Source: Ignavibacteriota bacterium
GTDB taxonomy: Bacteria > Bacteroidota > Ignavibacteria > Palsa-1295
Direction: 5' to 3'
Assembly: GCA_963787835.1 (NCBI GenBank)
Contig: CAWBEI010000005.1
Span: forward strand, 128,001-192,000
Length of the DNA: 64,000 bases
The position numbers were made by a program, and so were the translations under genes. Under the pieces are notes generated by a model. It worked only from the letters and a program-made list of their open reading frames with translations. It made no database searches and had not been told where the DNA came from. Of the stretch, positions 47,525 through 55,960 are shown in pieces (the stretch's first letter is position 1; every line of letters begins with the position of its first letter).

Positions 47525-48457
47525 ATGTCCGACTCTGTCTTAACCCTCGAAAACGTTACTAAAAATTATGGCCGGAAGGTTGCGGTCGATGCCGTTTCGC
47601 TTGCGGTGTCAGGCGGCAGCATTTTCGGTCTGCTTGGCCCGAATGGTGCTGGCAAGACCTCGACCATCCGTATGATAACTGGCATCACGCTGCCGGATCG
47701 CGGTTCCATTCGGTTATTCGGCGAATCCCAGCGCGAAGATCATCAGAATCAAATTGGCTATATGCCGGAAGAGCGCGGACTGTACCGAAAGCTCACCGTT
47801 CGCAATCAACTCGAATATCTCGGCGCGCTGAAAGGATTAGATTCTCATGCTCTGAAAACGGCTATCGACTATTGGCTCGATCGTTTTGAGATCAGGTCGT
47901 GGGAGAAGAAGAAAACTTCTGATCTGTCGAAGGGCATGCAGCAAAAGGTGCAGTTCATTCTCACGCTTTTGCACGATCCCGCACTGCTTGTGCTCGACGA
48001 ACCACTTTCGGGACTCGATCCGGTGAATGCTGAGCTTATCAATGAAGTGATCCTTGAACTTCGCGGGCGCGGCAAGACGATCATTCTTTCCACGCACCGT
48101 ATGGAGCAAGTTGAGCAGCTTTGTGATGAGATCGCGATGATGAACGATGGCAAGATCGTTCTCGCCGGGAAAGTCCGCGAGCTGAAGGCTCGTTCGGGAC
48201 GCAAGCTTGTCTCGATGCGGTTTACCGGCGATGCTACATTCCTGCGAACGTATGGCGATGAGCGAGTGAGGATATTAGAGAATACTCCAAATGAGATACT
48301 CATGGAGATAGGTACTTCCGAAAAACCAGGTGATTTGCTAAAACAAGTTGCGGAATATCTCGATATTCAAAAATGGGAGATCGTCGAGCCGCCGATAAAA
48401 GAACTGTTCCTGGAAGCCATCGCCGCCAAACCTGAAACTGCCACTATGCTTGCCTAA
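47525..48457 (+). CDS. ABC transporter ATP-binding protein (NatA/YhaQ-like)
   Basis: GPNGAGKT, LSKGMQQK, LDEPLSGLDP. Confidence 0.95.
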   Translation: MSDSVLTLENVTKNYGRKVAVDAVSLAVSGGSIFGLLGPNGAGKTSTIRMITGITLPDRGSIRLFGESQREDHQNQIGYMPEERGLYRKLTVRNQLEYLGALKGLDSHALKTAIDYWLDRFEIRSWEKKKTSDLSKGMQQKVQFILTLLHDPALLVLDEPLSGLDPVNAELINEVILELRGRGKTIILSTHRMEQVEQLCDEIAMMNDGKIVLAGKVRELKARSGRKLVSMRFTGDATFLRTYGDERVRILENTPNEILMEIGTSEKPGDLLKQVAEYLDIQKWEIVEPPIKELFLEAIAAKPETATMLA

Positions 48458-48463
48458 CCGGAT

Positions 48464-49744
48464 ATGAATAAAACAATAATAGTTCTAAAGCACGAATTTC
48501 TGATCAAGGTAAAGTCCCGTGCCTTTATTGTCATGACGCTCATTGGCCCATTGCTGATGGGAGCCATTATCATTCTACCTGCGTATTTTTCTGCCACGAA
48601 TAGTGGCGATGTGCGCCATTTAGTAGTGATCGATAGCACGGGGAGATTGGCGCAATCGATGATCGCACAGTCTCACGACACCGCGAGCGATTTTCTTTCC
48701 AAGCAATTTTCTACGAACGTAACGCTTGAAAGCGTAATGCCTGGTCCGAATGTGAAGGACTCGCTCGGGAAACTCGTCGAAGCGAAACTACTAACGGGAT
48801 ACATGACCATCCCTGCGAATGCTATACAGGATAGTGCCAGCACTGCGCAGATCAAGCTTCACAATCCGAGCGATATATCTTCGGTTTCATTCCTGAAGGA
48901 TTCTTATCTTAAAGCTATTCGTGATGCGAAGCTTGGCGCGCGCGGGATCGATCCCAACATGGTTACGAATGTCGAGTCGGGCGTTCATGTCGAGACAGTT
49001 AAGCTCGAAGCTGGCTCCGAGAAGAAAGACAGCGGCGACACGGGAATGATCATGGCGTTCGTCACGACGTTCATTCTTTACTTTTCCCTTATCATGTATG
49101 GCACGCTTATTATGAACAGCGTGATCGAGGAGAAATCGAGCAGGGTAGTGGAGTTGGTGGCTTCGAGCGTTCGGCCATTCCAGTTGCTGGTCGGCAAAGT
49201 ATTGGGCGTTGCGAGCGCGGCGCTGATTCAGGTTGGCGTTTGGGCGATCTTGCTGGTTGCACTCACGACTGTCGGCTTAACCGCAGCCAGCGCAATGCTT
49301 GGATCGGATATACTTCCCTCTATCTCGCCATTTCTATTTCTGTACTTTGTGCTGTTTTTCGTGCTCGGTTTTCTTATTTATGCAACGCTATACGCGGCTA
49401 TTGGCTCGACAGCGGAATCGGCGAGCGATGTTCAGCAAATATCTATGCCGGTCGTGATGCTGTTGGTGATCCCGTTCATCTTATTGCAAGGGGTCATTCA
49501 AAATCCATCGAGCACCAAGAGCGTGGTGCTCTCACTCATTCCTTTCTTTTCACCGATCCTCATGCTGGGGCGCATCTTTACCGAAACGCCACCGTGGTGG
49601 CAGATTGCGCTTGCGGTCGCGCTGATGATCGGAACGTTCTTCGGCTGCCTGTGGATCGCGGCACGCATTTACCGCGTGGGAATTCTTATGTATGGCAAGA
49701 AATTCAAACTCAGCGAGATCGCGAAATGGGTGCGGTATTCGTAG
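48464..49744 (+). CDS. ABC-2 transporter permease (NatB/YhaP-like)
   Basis: VIEEKSSRVVE, GKVLG, IYRVGILMYGK. Confidence 0.93.
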   Translation: MNKTIIVLKHEFLIKVKSRAFIVMTLIGPLLMGAIIILPAYFSATNSGDVRHLVVIDSTGRLAQSMIAQSHDTASDFLSKQFSTNVTLESVMPGPNVKDSLGKLVEAKLLTGYMTIPANAIQDSASTAQIKLHNPSDISSVSFLKDSYLKAIRDAKLGARGIDPNMVTNVESGVHVETVKLEAGSEKKDSGDTGMIMAFVTTFILYFSLIMYGTLIMNSVIEEKSSRVVELVASSVRPFQLLVGKVLGVASAALIQVGVWAILLVALTTVGLTAASAMLGSDILPSISPFLFLYFVLFFVLGFLIYATLYAAIGSTAESASDVQQISMPVVMLLVIPFILLQGVIQNPSSTKSVVLSLIPFFSPILMLGRIFTETPPWWQIALAVALMIGTFFGCLWIAARIYRVGILMYGKKFKLSEIAKWVRYS

Positions 49745-49808
49745 ATGTTGGCGGAGTTCTCTTGTCGAAAAGTACGAAACGAAAGCGGCCATGCGATGTT
49801 ATAAAAGT

Positions 49809-50030
49809 ATGCCAGTAAAAACTATATCGAAAAAGAGTATCCCCGTGAAACGTACAGTGCGGCGTAGCGTCGTGAAAAAGAGAGCGTCAACCGACCCCTT
49901 GAAAGCGCTTCTTAATGATATTGCGCAGAGCGGTTTTTCGATCCCTGCCGACCAACGTGCGCGAATTCCGCACGATTTTGCTAAAAACATGGATCACTAT
50001 CTATACGGCGCTGCCAAAGGACGCGCGTGA
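49809..50030 (+). CDS. Putative VapB-type antitoxin
   Basis: P.DFAKNMDHYLYG C-terminal motif; GTGA overlap with PIN toxin. Confidence 0.75.
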   Translation: MPVKTISKKSIPVKRTVRRSVVKKRASTDPLKALLNDIAQSGFSIPADQRARIPHDFAKNMDHYLYGAAKGRA

Positions 50031-50443
50031 TCGAATTTTTTGCGGACACCTCCTATTGGATCGCGCTGCAGTTGCCCGAAGACGGTTTGCATCGTTCGGC
50101 AGTCAAACTTTTTGAAGCAATGCCTGATGGAAGCCGGCTCATCACTTCTGAATTGGTAATGGTAGAGTTCCTAAACCACATGAGCCGCGCGGGGCACGGT
50201 GTTCGGAAGCAAGCGGCCGAGACATGGACAAAAATAGAAAAAAGTTCACGTATCGATCTTGTGCCATCGACAGAGGATTTGCTCGGGCAAGCGCGGTTTA
50301 TGTTTGAGAATTTGGTTGATAAATCATGGTCGCTCACCGATTGTGCATCTATCATTATTATGCGCCGCAAGAAAATAAATGAAGTATTATCCTCTGACCA
50401 CCATTTTGAACAGGCAGGACTTCGAGCCCTTATGCGTTCCTAA
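50027..50443 (+). CDS. VapC/PIN-domain toxin
   Basis: FADTSYWIAL, E, WSLTDCAS, SDHHFEQAG. Confidence 0.92.
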   Translation: MIEFFADTSYWIALQLPEDGLHRSAVKLFEAMPDGSRLITSELVMVEFLNHMSRAGHGVRKQAAETWTKIEKSSRIDLVPSTEDLLGQARFMFENLVDKSWSLTDCASIIIMRRKKINEVLSSDHHFEQAGLRALMRS

Positions 50444-50449
50444 CGAGGA

Positions 50450-52591
50450 TCATTGTAATACGATCGGGACTCGCTCCACACTTCCATTCATTCGCACAAT
50501 AGCCCAATACGCTCCCGGAGGCATGTTAGCGGCGTTCCAGGTGAAGGTATGCTCGCCGGCAGATAGCTCACCCTCGAACAGCCGCGCAACCTCCGAGCCC
50601 AGAAGATTTACAATGCTAAATTCCGCAGCGCCGCTTTCGGGTGAGGTGAAGGTAATGGTGGTAGATTGGGTGAAGGGGTTGGGGTAGCTTTGTATTTCGT
50701 TTGAAACTGTTTGTTGTTCTGTCGAAACACTTGCCGTGACCATGTTGGAAATTGCTCTTTTCCAAACACCTGTACCGTATTGAGCAGAGTTGCCACTCTG
50801 AGTTCCAACAAAAAGCGTTGCCGACGATGGATCTGTGCCGATTGCAGCGAAGGCATTCGCAAACGAGTTAGATGGCCATCCAGAAAGCTCCGAAGTCCAT
50901 TTGGAACCGGTGTCCGTCGATAACAAAACGCTGCCGTTAGCACCAGCGAATAGATTGGAGCCAAAGGCGAACAATGAAACAACCCATATATCATTGGAGA
51001 AACCATTATTCACCGTACTCCATTCTGATCCATCGTCGGTTGACAGAGAGACGCTACTGTCATCAGAACCAGCAAAAATATTATTTCCGATAACAGCAAG
51101 CGCATCGACAAAAGGACTTGCTTTCCCTGGATTAAACAAACTGGTAGCAGACCAGTTTGAGCCATTGTTCGTCGAAAGATAAACGCCCCCAGCACATCCA
51201 GCAAAAATGTTCGAGCCGCAAACGGCGAGGGCATTTACTTCAAAGCTCTGCAAACCAGAACCAGCATTCTTCCAACTTGTACCGCTATCAGATGAGAGAA
51301 AAACTCTGCCGCTCCCCGCAGCAAAAAGATTCGTTCCGTTCGATACAAGAGAGACAATCCCCGTGCCTTGTAAGCCAGTATTAGCACCGATCCAGCTCTT
51401 GCCGCTGTCAATGGAGCGAAAAAGTCCCCCGTTAGTTCCGACAAACACGGATTTTCCCATCACCGCTAATGCGTTGACATACTCACCCGATCCGGAGTTA
51501 TCAGAGATTGTTAAGCCGGAATCTGCCTCTACCCACGTTGTCCCACTATCTATTGAACGAAACATCCCGCCTCGTTGAGTACCTGCGAAAATAATTGTGC
51601 CGATCTGGGCAAGTGCGGTAATAGTAGGAGTAGGCAAACCCTTGCTCGCTGCTGTCCAGCTTTCACCATTATCTGTCGAGCGATAAACACCGTTCCCGCC
51701 AGTTCCTGCAAAGAGACTTGAACCGGTTCCGAAAAGAGAAGAAACAGAATTAGAAGTTGTAAGCCCGTTAATCGGATGGGTCCAAGTTACGCCATTGTCT
51801 GATGAAATAAGAACACCGTTCTGATTTGTTCCGGCAAAGAGTTTTCCTCCGATCATCGCAAGACTCCATATCATGGAGTCGGTCATACCGTTATAGCTAA
51901 CATTCCAACTTTCACCTCTGTCATTCGAAATGTAAACCCCGCGATCTGTTCCTGCATAGATATTATTTTCGCTCACTAGCACGGTATTGACATCGGCAAT
52001 TCTCGGTCCGTTGCTCGTAGGGTTCCAACTAGTACCGCTATCGGTGGTTAGAAAAACGCCATCGTAAGTGCCTGCAAAAACGTCCGTCCCACTCACCGCG
52101 AGAGAGGTGACGTAATTTTCCATCAAGCCGGAATCCACTTCCATCCAATTTTTGCCACTGTCTTTCGAGCGAAAAATGCCGGCACCTCCACCGTACGCCG
52201 ATACATAAAGGTCAGTGCCGCTTGCGGTAAGTGCAGTTATCTCCATGTTCTGAGGTAAACCACTACTCGCAGCCTCCCAGGTCTTACCACTATCGATAGA
52301 TAGAAAGACTCCATTGTAGAAAGTCCCGGCAAATAGATTGTTGCCAATTACAGTGAAAGCAATGATAGGGTACTCGATGCCATTATTTGACGAAGCCCAT
52401 ATTGTGCCATTGTCAGTCGAACAATACACACCATTATCAGTACCCGCAAAGAGAATTGAGCCGATTTTGGCAAAAGCTCCAACATCTCCACCATATGGCC
52501 CATTCGTCTGAACCCATTGAGCATTTGCGCTCCTGGAGTTGAAAAACGCAAAACTTAGAACTACTAAGATTACGGCAAACTTATTTTTCAT
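50450..52591 (-). CDS. Secreted BNR/Asp-box beta-propeller protein with T9SS C-terminal sorting domain
   Basis: Signal peptide to AQW; many GV..S.D.G.SW repeats; YPNPF...NLLG CTD. Confidence 0.9.
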   Translation of the reverse strand: MKNKFAVILVVLSFAFFNSRSANAQWVQTNGPYGGDVGAFAKIGSILFAGTDNGVYCSTDNGTIWASSNNGIEYPIIAFTVIGNNLFAGTFYNGVFLSIDSGKTWEAASSGLPQNMEITALTASGTDLYVSAYGGGAGIFRSKDSGKNWMEVDSGLMENYVTSLAVSGTDVFAGTYDGVFLTTDSGTSWNPTSNGPRIADVNTVLVSENNIYAGTDRGVYISNDRGESWNVSYNGMTDSMIWSLAMIGGKLFAGTNQNGVLISSDNGVTWTHPINGLTTSNSVSSLFGTGSSLFAGTGGNGVYRSTDNGESWTAASKGLPTPTITALAQIGTIIFAGTQRGGMFRSIDSGTTWVEADSGLTISDNSGSGEYVNALAVMGKSVFVGTNGGLFRSIDSGKSWIGANTGLQGTGIVSLVSNGTNLFAAGSGRVFLSSDSGTSWKNAGSGLQSFEVNALAVCGSNIFAGCAGGVYLSTNNGSNWSATSLFNPGKASPFVDALAVIGNNIFAGSDDSSVSLSTDDGSEWSTVNNGFSNDIWVVSLFAFGSNLFAGANGSVLLSTDTGSKWTSELSGWPSNSFANAFAAIGTDPSSATLFVGTQSGNSAQYGTGVWKRAISNMVTASVSTEQQTVSNEIQSYPNPFTQSTTITFTSPESGAAEFSIVNLLGSEVARLFEGELSAGEHTFTWNAANMPPGAYWAIVRMNGSVERVPIVLQ

Positions 52592-52737
52592 AGGCGTATA
52601 AATGAAAATATGGCAAAAAGACTTTTCCCAAACAAGGGGTGATGAGAAAGGTGCCCGTGGGGTTCCTAATCTGCGGTAGGGTTTTATTGACGTTCTCGAT
52701 GAAACAGCGTCTTTTTCCAAAAATCTTTCAAAAACAC

Positions 52738-52766
52738 TTGACATCGTCCATTTTAGTACGTATATT
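52738..52766 (+). promoter_or_regulatory. Near-consensus sigma70 promoter TTGACA-17-TATATT
   Basis: TTGACA 52738-52743, TATATT 52761-52766; heads repeat copy 3 and points toward rpsO. Confidence 0.7.
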
Positions 52767-53028
52767 AGCATTTGCTTTGATGGGCACCTGTTTCAATTAA
52801 GAATTACGAATTAAGAATGGGGGAAATAAGTAAGAAGTAAGAGTTAAGAAGTAAGAAATGCGGAGCGTGGAGAGTTCATTGACAATTGATGCGGCGGCTT
52901 TCGGAGTGAACGAGTTCTTTGGGAAAGCAAAATGTGAATAACTTTTGCGACAAACGGCGAAAACAGCATGGATTCAAGGGTGGGCGGGAACTCAGCAAGA
53001 AAAAGAAAAAGCACCTATTTCTGGGGGA
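52761..53028 (+). repeat. Dispersed promoter-containing non-coding element, copy 3
   Basis: TATATT-13nt-ATGGGCACC, heptamer tracts, GTTCATTGACAAT, GTGAACGAGTTCTTTG, CGGGAACTCAGCAAGAAAAAGAAAAAGCACCTATTTCTGGGGGA. Confidence 0.8.
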
Positions 53029-53127
53029 AAGGATGAAGGCTGAGGGATGAATGAGGAAATGGAGGTAGGGCAGATGCGGAATTATACCCCCTCTGACCTC
53101 GTTTGGCGGACTTCAAATTGAAAAACG

Positions 53128-53182
53128 GTCCCATACGGGGACGGGGCTGCCGGATGCTACTATAGCGCGCGGTACCGGCAGC
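53128..53182 (+). promoter_or_regulatory. Structured rpsO leader, candidate S15-binding autoregulatory RNA
   Basis: GTCCC/GGGAC hairpin then GCTGCCGG/CCGGCAGC stem ending about 25 nt before the ATG. Confidence 0.45.
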
Positions 53183-53206
53183 ATCATTATTAGCGCTATT
53201 ACATAC

Positions 53207-53476
53207 ATGCCAGTCACCAAAGAAAAGAAGCAGCAATTTGCTGCGAAATTCGGCAAAGCGCCGAACGATACGGGGAGCGCGGAAGTCCAGATCGCTATCC
53301 TCACGGAACACATTAATTCGCTCACACCGCATTTCGAGAAGAATCCCAAAGATCATCATGGCCGCCGCGGGCTGCTGAAGATGGTTGGCCAGCGCCGCAG
53401 TCTTCTCGATTATTTGGCGAAGAAGGACCTCAATAAATATCGCACGCTCATTCAAGAGCTCGATATCCGTAAATAA
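53207..53476 (+). CDS. rpsO: 30S ribosomal protein S15
   Basis: [34 protein letters not shown]. Confidence 0.98.
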   Translation: MPVTKEKKQQFAAKFGKAPNDTGSAEVQIAILTEHINSLTPHFEKNPKDHHGRRGLLKMVGQRRSLLDYLAKKDLNKYRTLIQELDIRK

Positions 53477-53486
53477 TTTTCTGAAC

Positions 53487-53523
53487 AGGCCGGCTCATGG
53501 CGATCATGGTTCCGGCCTTTTTT
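53487..53523 (+). terminator. Terminator/processing hairpin between rpsO and pnp
   Basis: AGGCCGG...CCGGCCT followed by T-run. Confidence 0.7.
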
Positions 53524-53591
53524 ATATCTGTGGGCGGCGATCCGCCCAACTATCCATTTGGGCATTGTGAAAAGCCCACACTAATCATACT

Positions 53592-55865
53592 ATGAACTAC
53601 GAAATCGAATACGGTCGCGGCAAAAAAATAAGCTTCGACATAGGCCGCTTTGCAAAACAATCCAACGGGTCGGTGATGGTCCGTTTGGGAGATACGATGG
53701 CGCTCGTCGCAGCCGTCGCCGCAGAAATAGAGAAAGAGGGAATCGACTTCATGCCCCTGCAAGTCGAGTTCCGGGAACGCGCGGCGGCAGCCGGAAAAAT
53801 TCCCGGCGGATATTTCAAACGCGAAGGACGCCCGACGGAGAAGGAAATTCTCTCGGCACGCCTGATCGACCGCCCCATTCGTCCCATGTTCCCGAAAGAG
53901 TGGCGCGTAGAGACGCAGGTTATTTCTACCATTTTCTGCTCCGATCAGGAGCACGATGCCGATACTATTTCTGCAACAGGAGCATCGCTTGCGTTATTGC
54001 TTTCGGATATTCCCTTCGAGGAAGCTGTCGCCGAAGTTCGCGTTGCTCGCGTGAATGGCGAGATCATTATCGACCCCACTTTTTCGGAACTTGAGAAGGC
54101 GGATTATGAATTTGTCGTCGCCGGTACGAAGGATTCGATCCTGATGGTCGAAGGCGAATGCCATGAGATCAGCGAAACGGATTTTCTCGATGCGCTGCAA
54201 CATGCGGCAAGCGCGATCAGGGAATTATGTGCTGGACAAGATAAGATCCTTGCTGAATGCGGCATTGCAAAGAAGAAGCGCATTCAGGATGAGCATATCA
54301 TGGATGCCACGCTCGTCGGACAAGTGGAGGAAGTTGCATCCGCCAAATTCAGGGAACTCGCAAGAACCGTACTTGCAAAAGAGGATCGTCACGACCAGAC
54401 GAAGGAAGCTTATGAAGCCGCTCACAAATCGATCACCGAAAAAGTTGGCGGAGAAGAGGCGTTTGCTCTTATTAAGGGTGATGTAGATCACATTCTTCAT
54501 GACATCGAACAGCGTGAAATGCGTGAGATGATCCTGGAGAACAACGTTCGCTTGGATGGACGTGATTGCACAACGATCCGTCCGATTGCATGTGAAGTAG
54601 CAGTGCTTCCCCGCGTTCATGGCTCTGCGTTATTCACGCGAGGTGAAACGCAATCACTGACAAGCTGCACGCTCGGCACCAAGCGCGATGAGCAGTCCAT
54701 AGAAGGTTTGCAGCCGGAGTCAACCAAGCGGTTCATGCTGCACTACAATTTTCCATCTTATTCTGTCGGTGAAGTTGGCCGTTATTCGGGAACTGGCCGC
54801 CGCGAGATCGGACACGGTAATCTGGCAGAACGCGCGTTGAAGTTATTGCTTCCAACCGTTGAGGAATTTCCATATACGCTTCGCGTGGTGAGCGATATTC
54901 TGGAATCGAATGGATCGTCCTCGATGGCGACGGTTTGCGCGGGTTCGCTCGCGATGTTTGATGCGGGCGTTCCTCTGAAAAAGCCGGTGAGTGGTATTGC
55001 GATGGGTCTTATCAAGGAGGGCGACCGCGTTGCGATCCTTTCCGACATTCTTGGCAATGAGGATCATCTCGGCGACATGGATTTTAAAGTCTGTGGGACT
55101 CGCGATGGTATCACCGCTTGCCAGATGGATATGAAGATCAAGGGTATTGACTTCACACTGCTGGAAAAGGCTCTCCTGCAAGCTCGCGATGGCCGTTTGC
55201 ATATTCTTGGCAAGATGGATGAGGCGCTTGCTGCTCCGAAATCTGAGCTTTCCACGTATGCGCCACGCCTCACGACCGTTAAAGTTCCGGTCGATGCGAT
55301 CGGGCTTGTCATCGGACCTGGCGGCAAAACGATCCGTCAGATCCAAGCAGATGCAGGAGTCGAGATCAATATCGAAGAGGATGGAACCGTTACCATCGCT
55401 GCGCTTTCAGGTGAAGCAAGCGACCGTGCCAAGCAATTTATCCTCGGGCTTGTTGCTGAACCGGAGGAAGGCGCGACCTACACTGGCCGCGTTACGCAGG
55501 TTCGTGAAGGTTTGGGAGCCATCGTCGAGTTCCTTCCGAAGAAGGAGGGCTTGCTTCACATTTCCGAGATCGATTATCAGCGCGTCGAGAATGTGTCAGA
55601 TGTCATTCAGGTTGGCGATGTATTCGATGTGAAGCTTATTGCTGTCAAACCGGATGGAAAGTTCTCGCTCTCTCGCAAAGCATTGCTCCCGATGCCCGAA
55701 GGCTACGAAGAGCGTCCACGCCGCGAATACGGCGGTGACCGCGATGGAGATCGTGGTGGCGACCGTCGCGGAGGCGGAGATCGCCGTGGTGGTGGTGGCG
55801 ACCGCAGAGGCGGCGGAGATCGCCGCGGAGGAGGTGGCTACGGTGGCGGGGATCGACGCAGATAA
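53592..55865 (+). CDS. pnp: Polyribonucleotide nucleotidyltransferase
   Basis: GKIPGGYFKREG, FTRGETQ, RREIGHG, SNGSSSMA, DHLGDMDFKV, KH and S1 domains. Confidence 0.98.
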   Translation: MNYEIEYGRGKKISFDIGRFAKQSNGSVMVRLGDTMALVAAVAAEIEKEGIDFMPLQVEFRERAAAAGKIPGGYFKREGRPTEKEILSARLIDRPIRPMFPKEWRVETQVISTIFCSDQEHDADTISATGASLALLLSDIPFEEAVAEVRVARVNGEIIIDPTFSELEKADYEFVVAGTKDSILMVEGECHEISETDFLDALQHAASAIRELCAGQDKILAECGIAKKKRIQDEHIMDATLVGQVEEVASAKFRELARTVLAKEDRHDQTKEAYEAAHKSITEKVGGEEAFALIKGDVDHILHDIEQREMREMILENNVRLDGRDCTTIRPIACEVAVLPRVHGSALFTRGETQSLTSCTLGTKRDEQSIEGLQPESTKRFMLHYNFPSYSVGEVGRYSGTGRREIGHGNLAERALKLLLPTVEEFPYTLRVVSDILESNGSSSMATVCAGSLAMFDAGVPLKKPVSGIAMGLIKEGDRVAILSDILGNEDHLGDMDFKVCGTRDGITACQMDMKIKGIDFTLLEKALLQARDGRLHILGKMDEALAAPKSELSTYAPRLTTVKVPVDAIGLVIGPGGKTIRQIQADAGVEINIEEDGTVTIAALSGEASDRAKQFILGLVAEPEEGATYTGRVTQVREGLGAIVEFLPKKEGLLHISEIDYQRVENVSDVIQVGDVFDVKLIAVKPDGKFSLSRKALLPMPEGYEERPRREYGGDRDGDRGGDRRGGGDRRGGGGDRRGGGDRRGGGGYGGGDRRR

Positions 55866-55875
55866 ATAGTAAATG

Positions 55876-55909
55876 AAGCCTCTATTCTTTGGAATAGGGG
55901 CTTTTTTTT
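55876..55909 (+). terminator. Rho-independent terminator after pnp
   Basis: AAGCCTCTATTC-TTTG-GAATAGGGGCTT plus T-tract. Confidence 0.85.
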
Positions 55910-55960
55910 GACCTATGATAGAGAAACCATTGGGTTGGGAATCAGCTTTCAATTGCTGGA

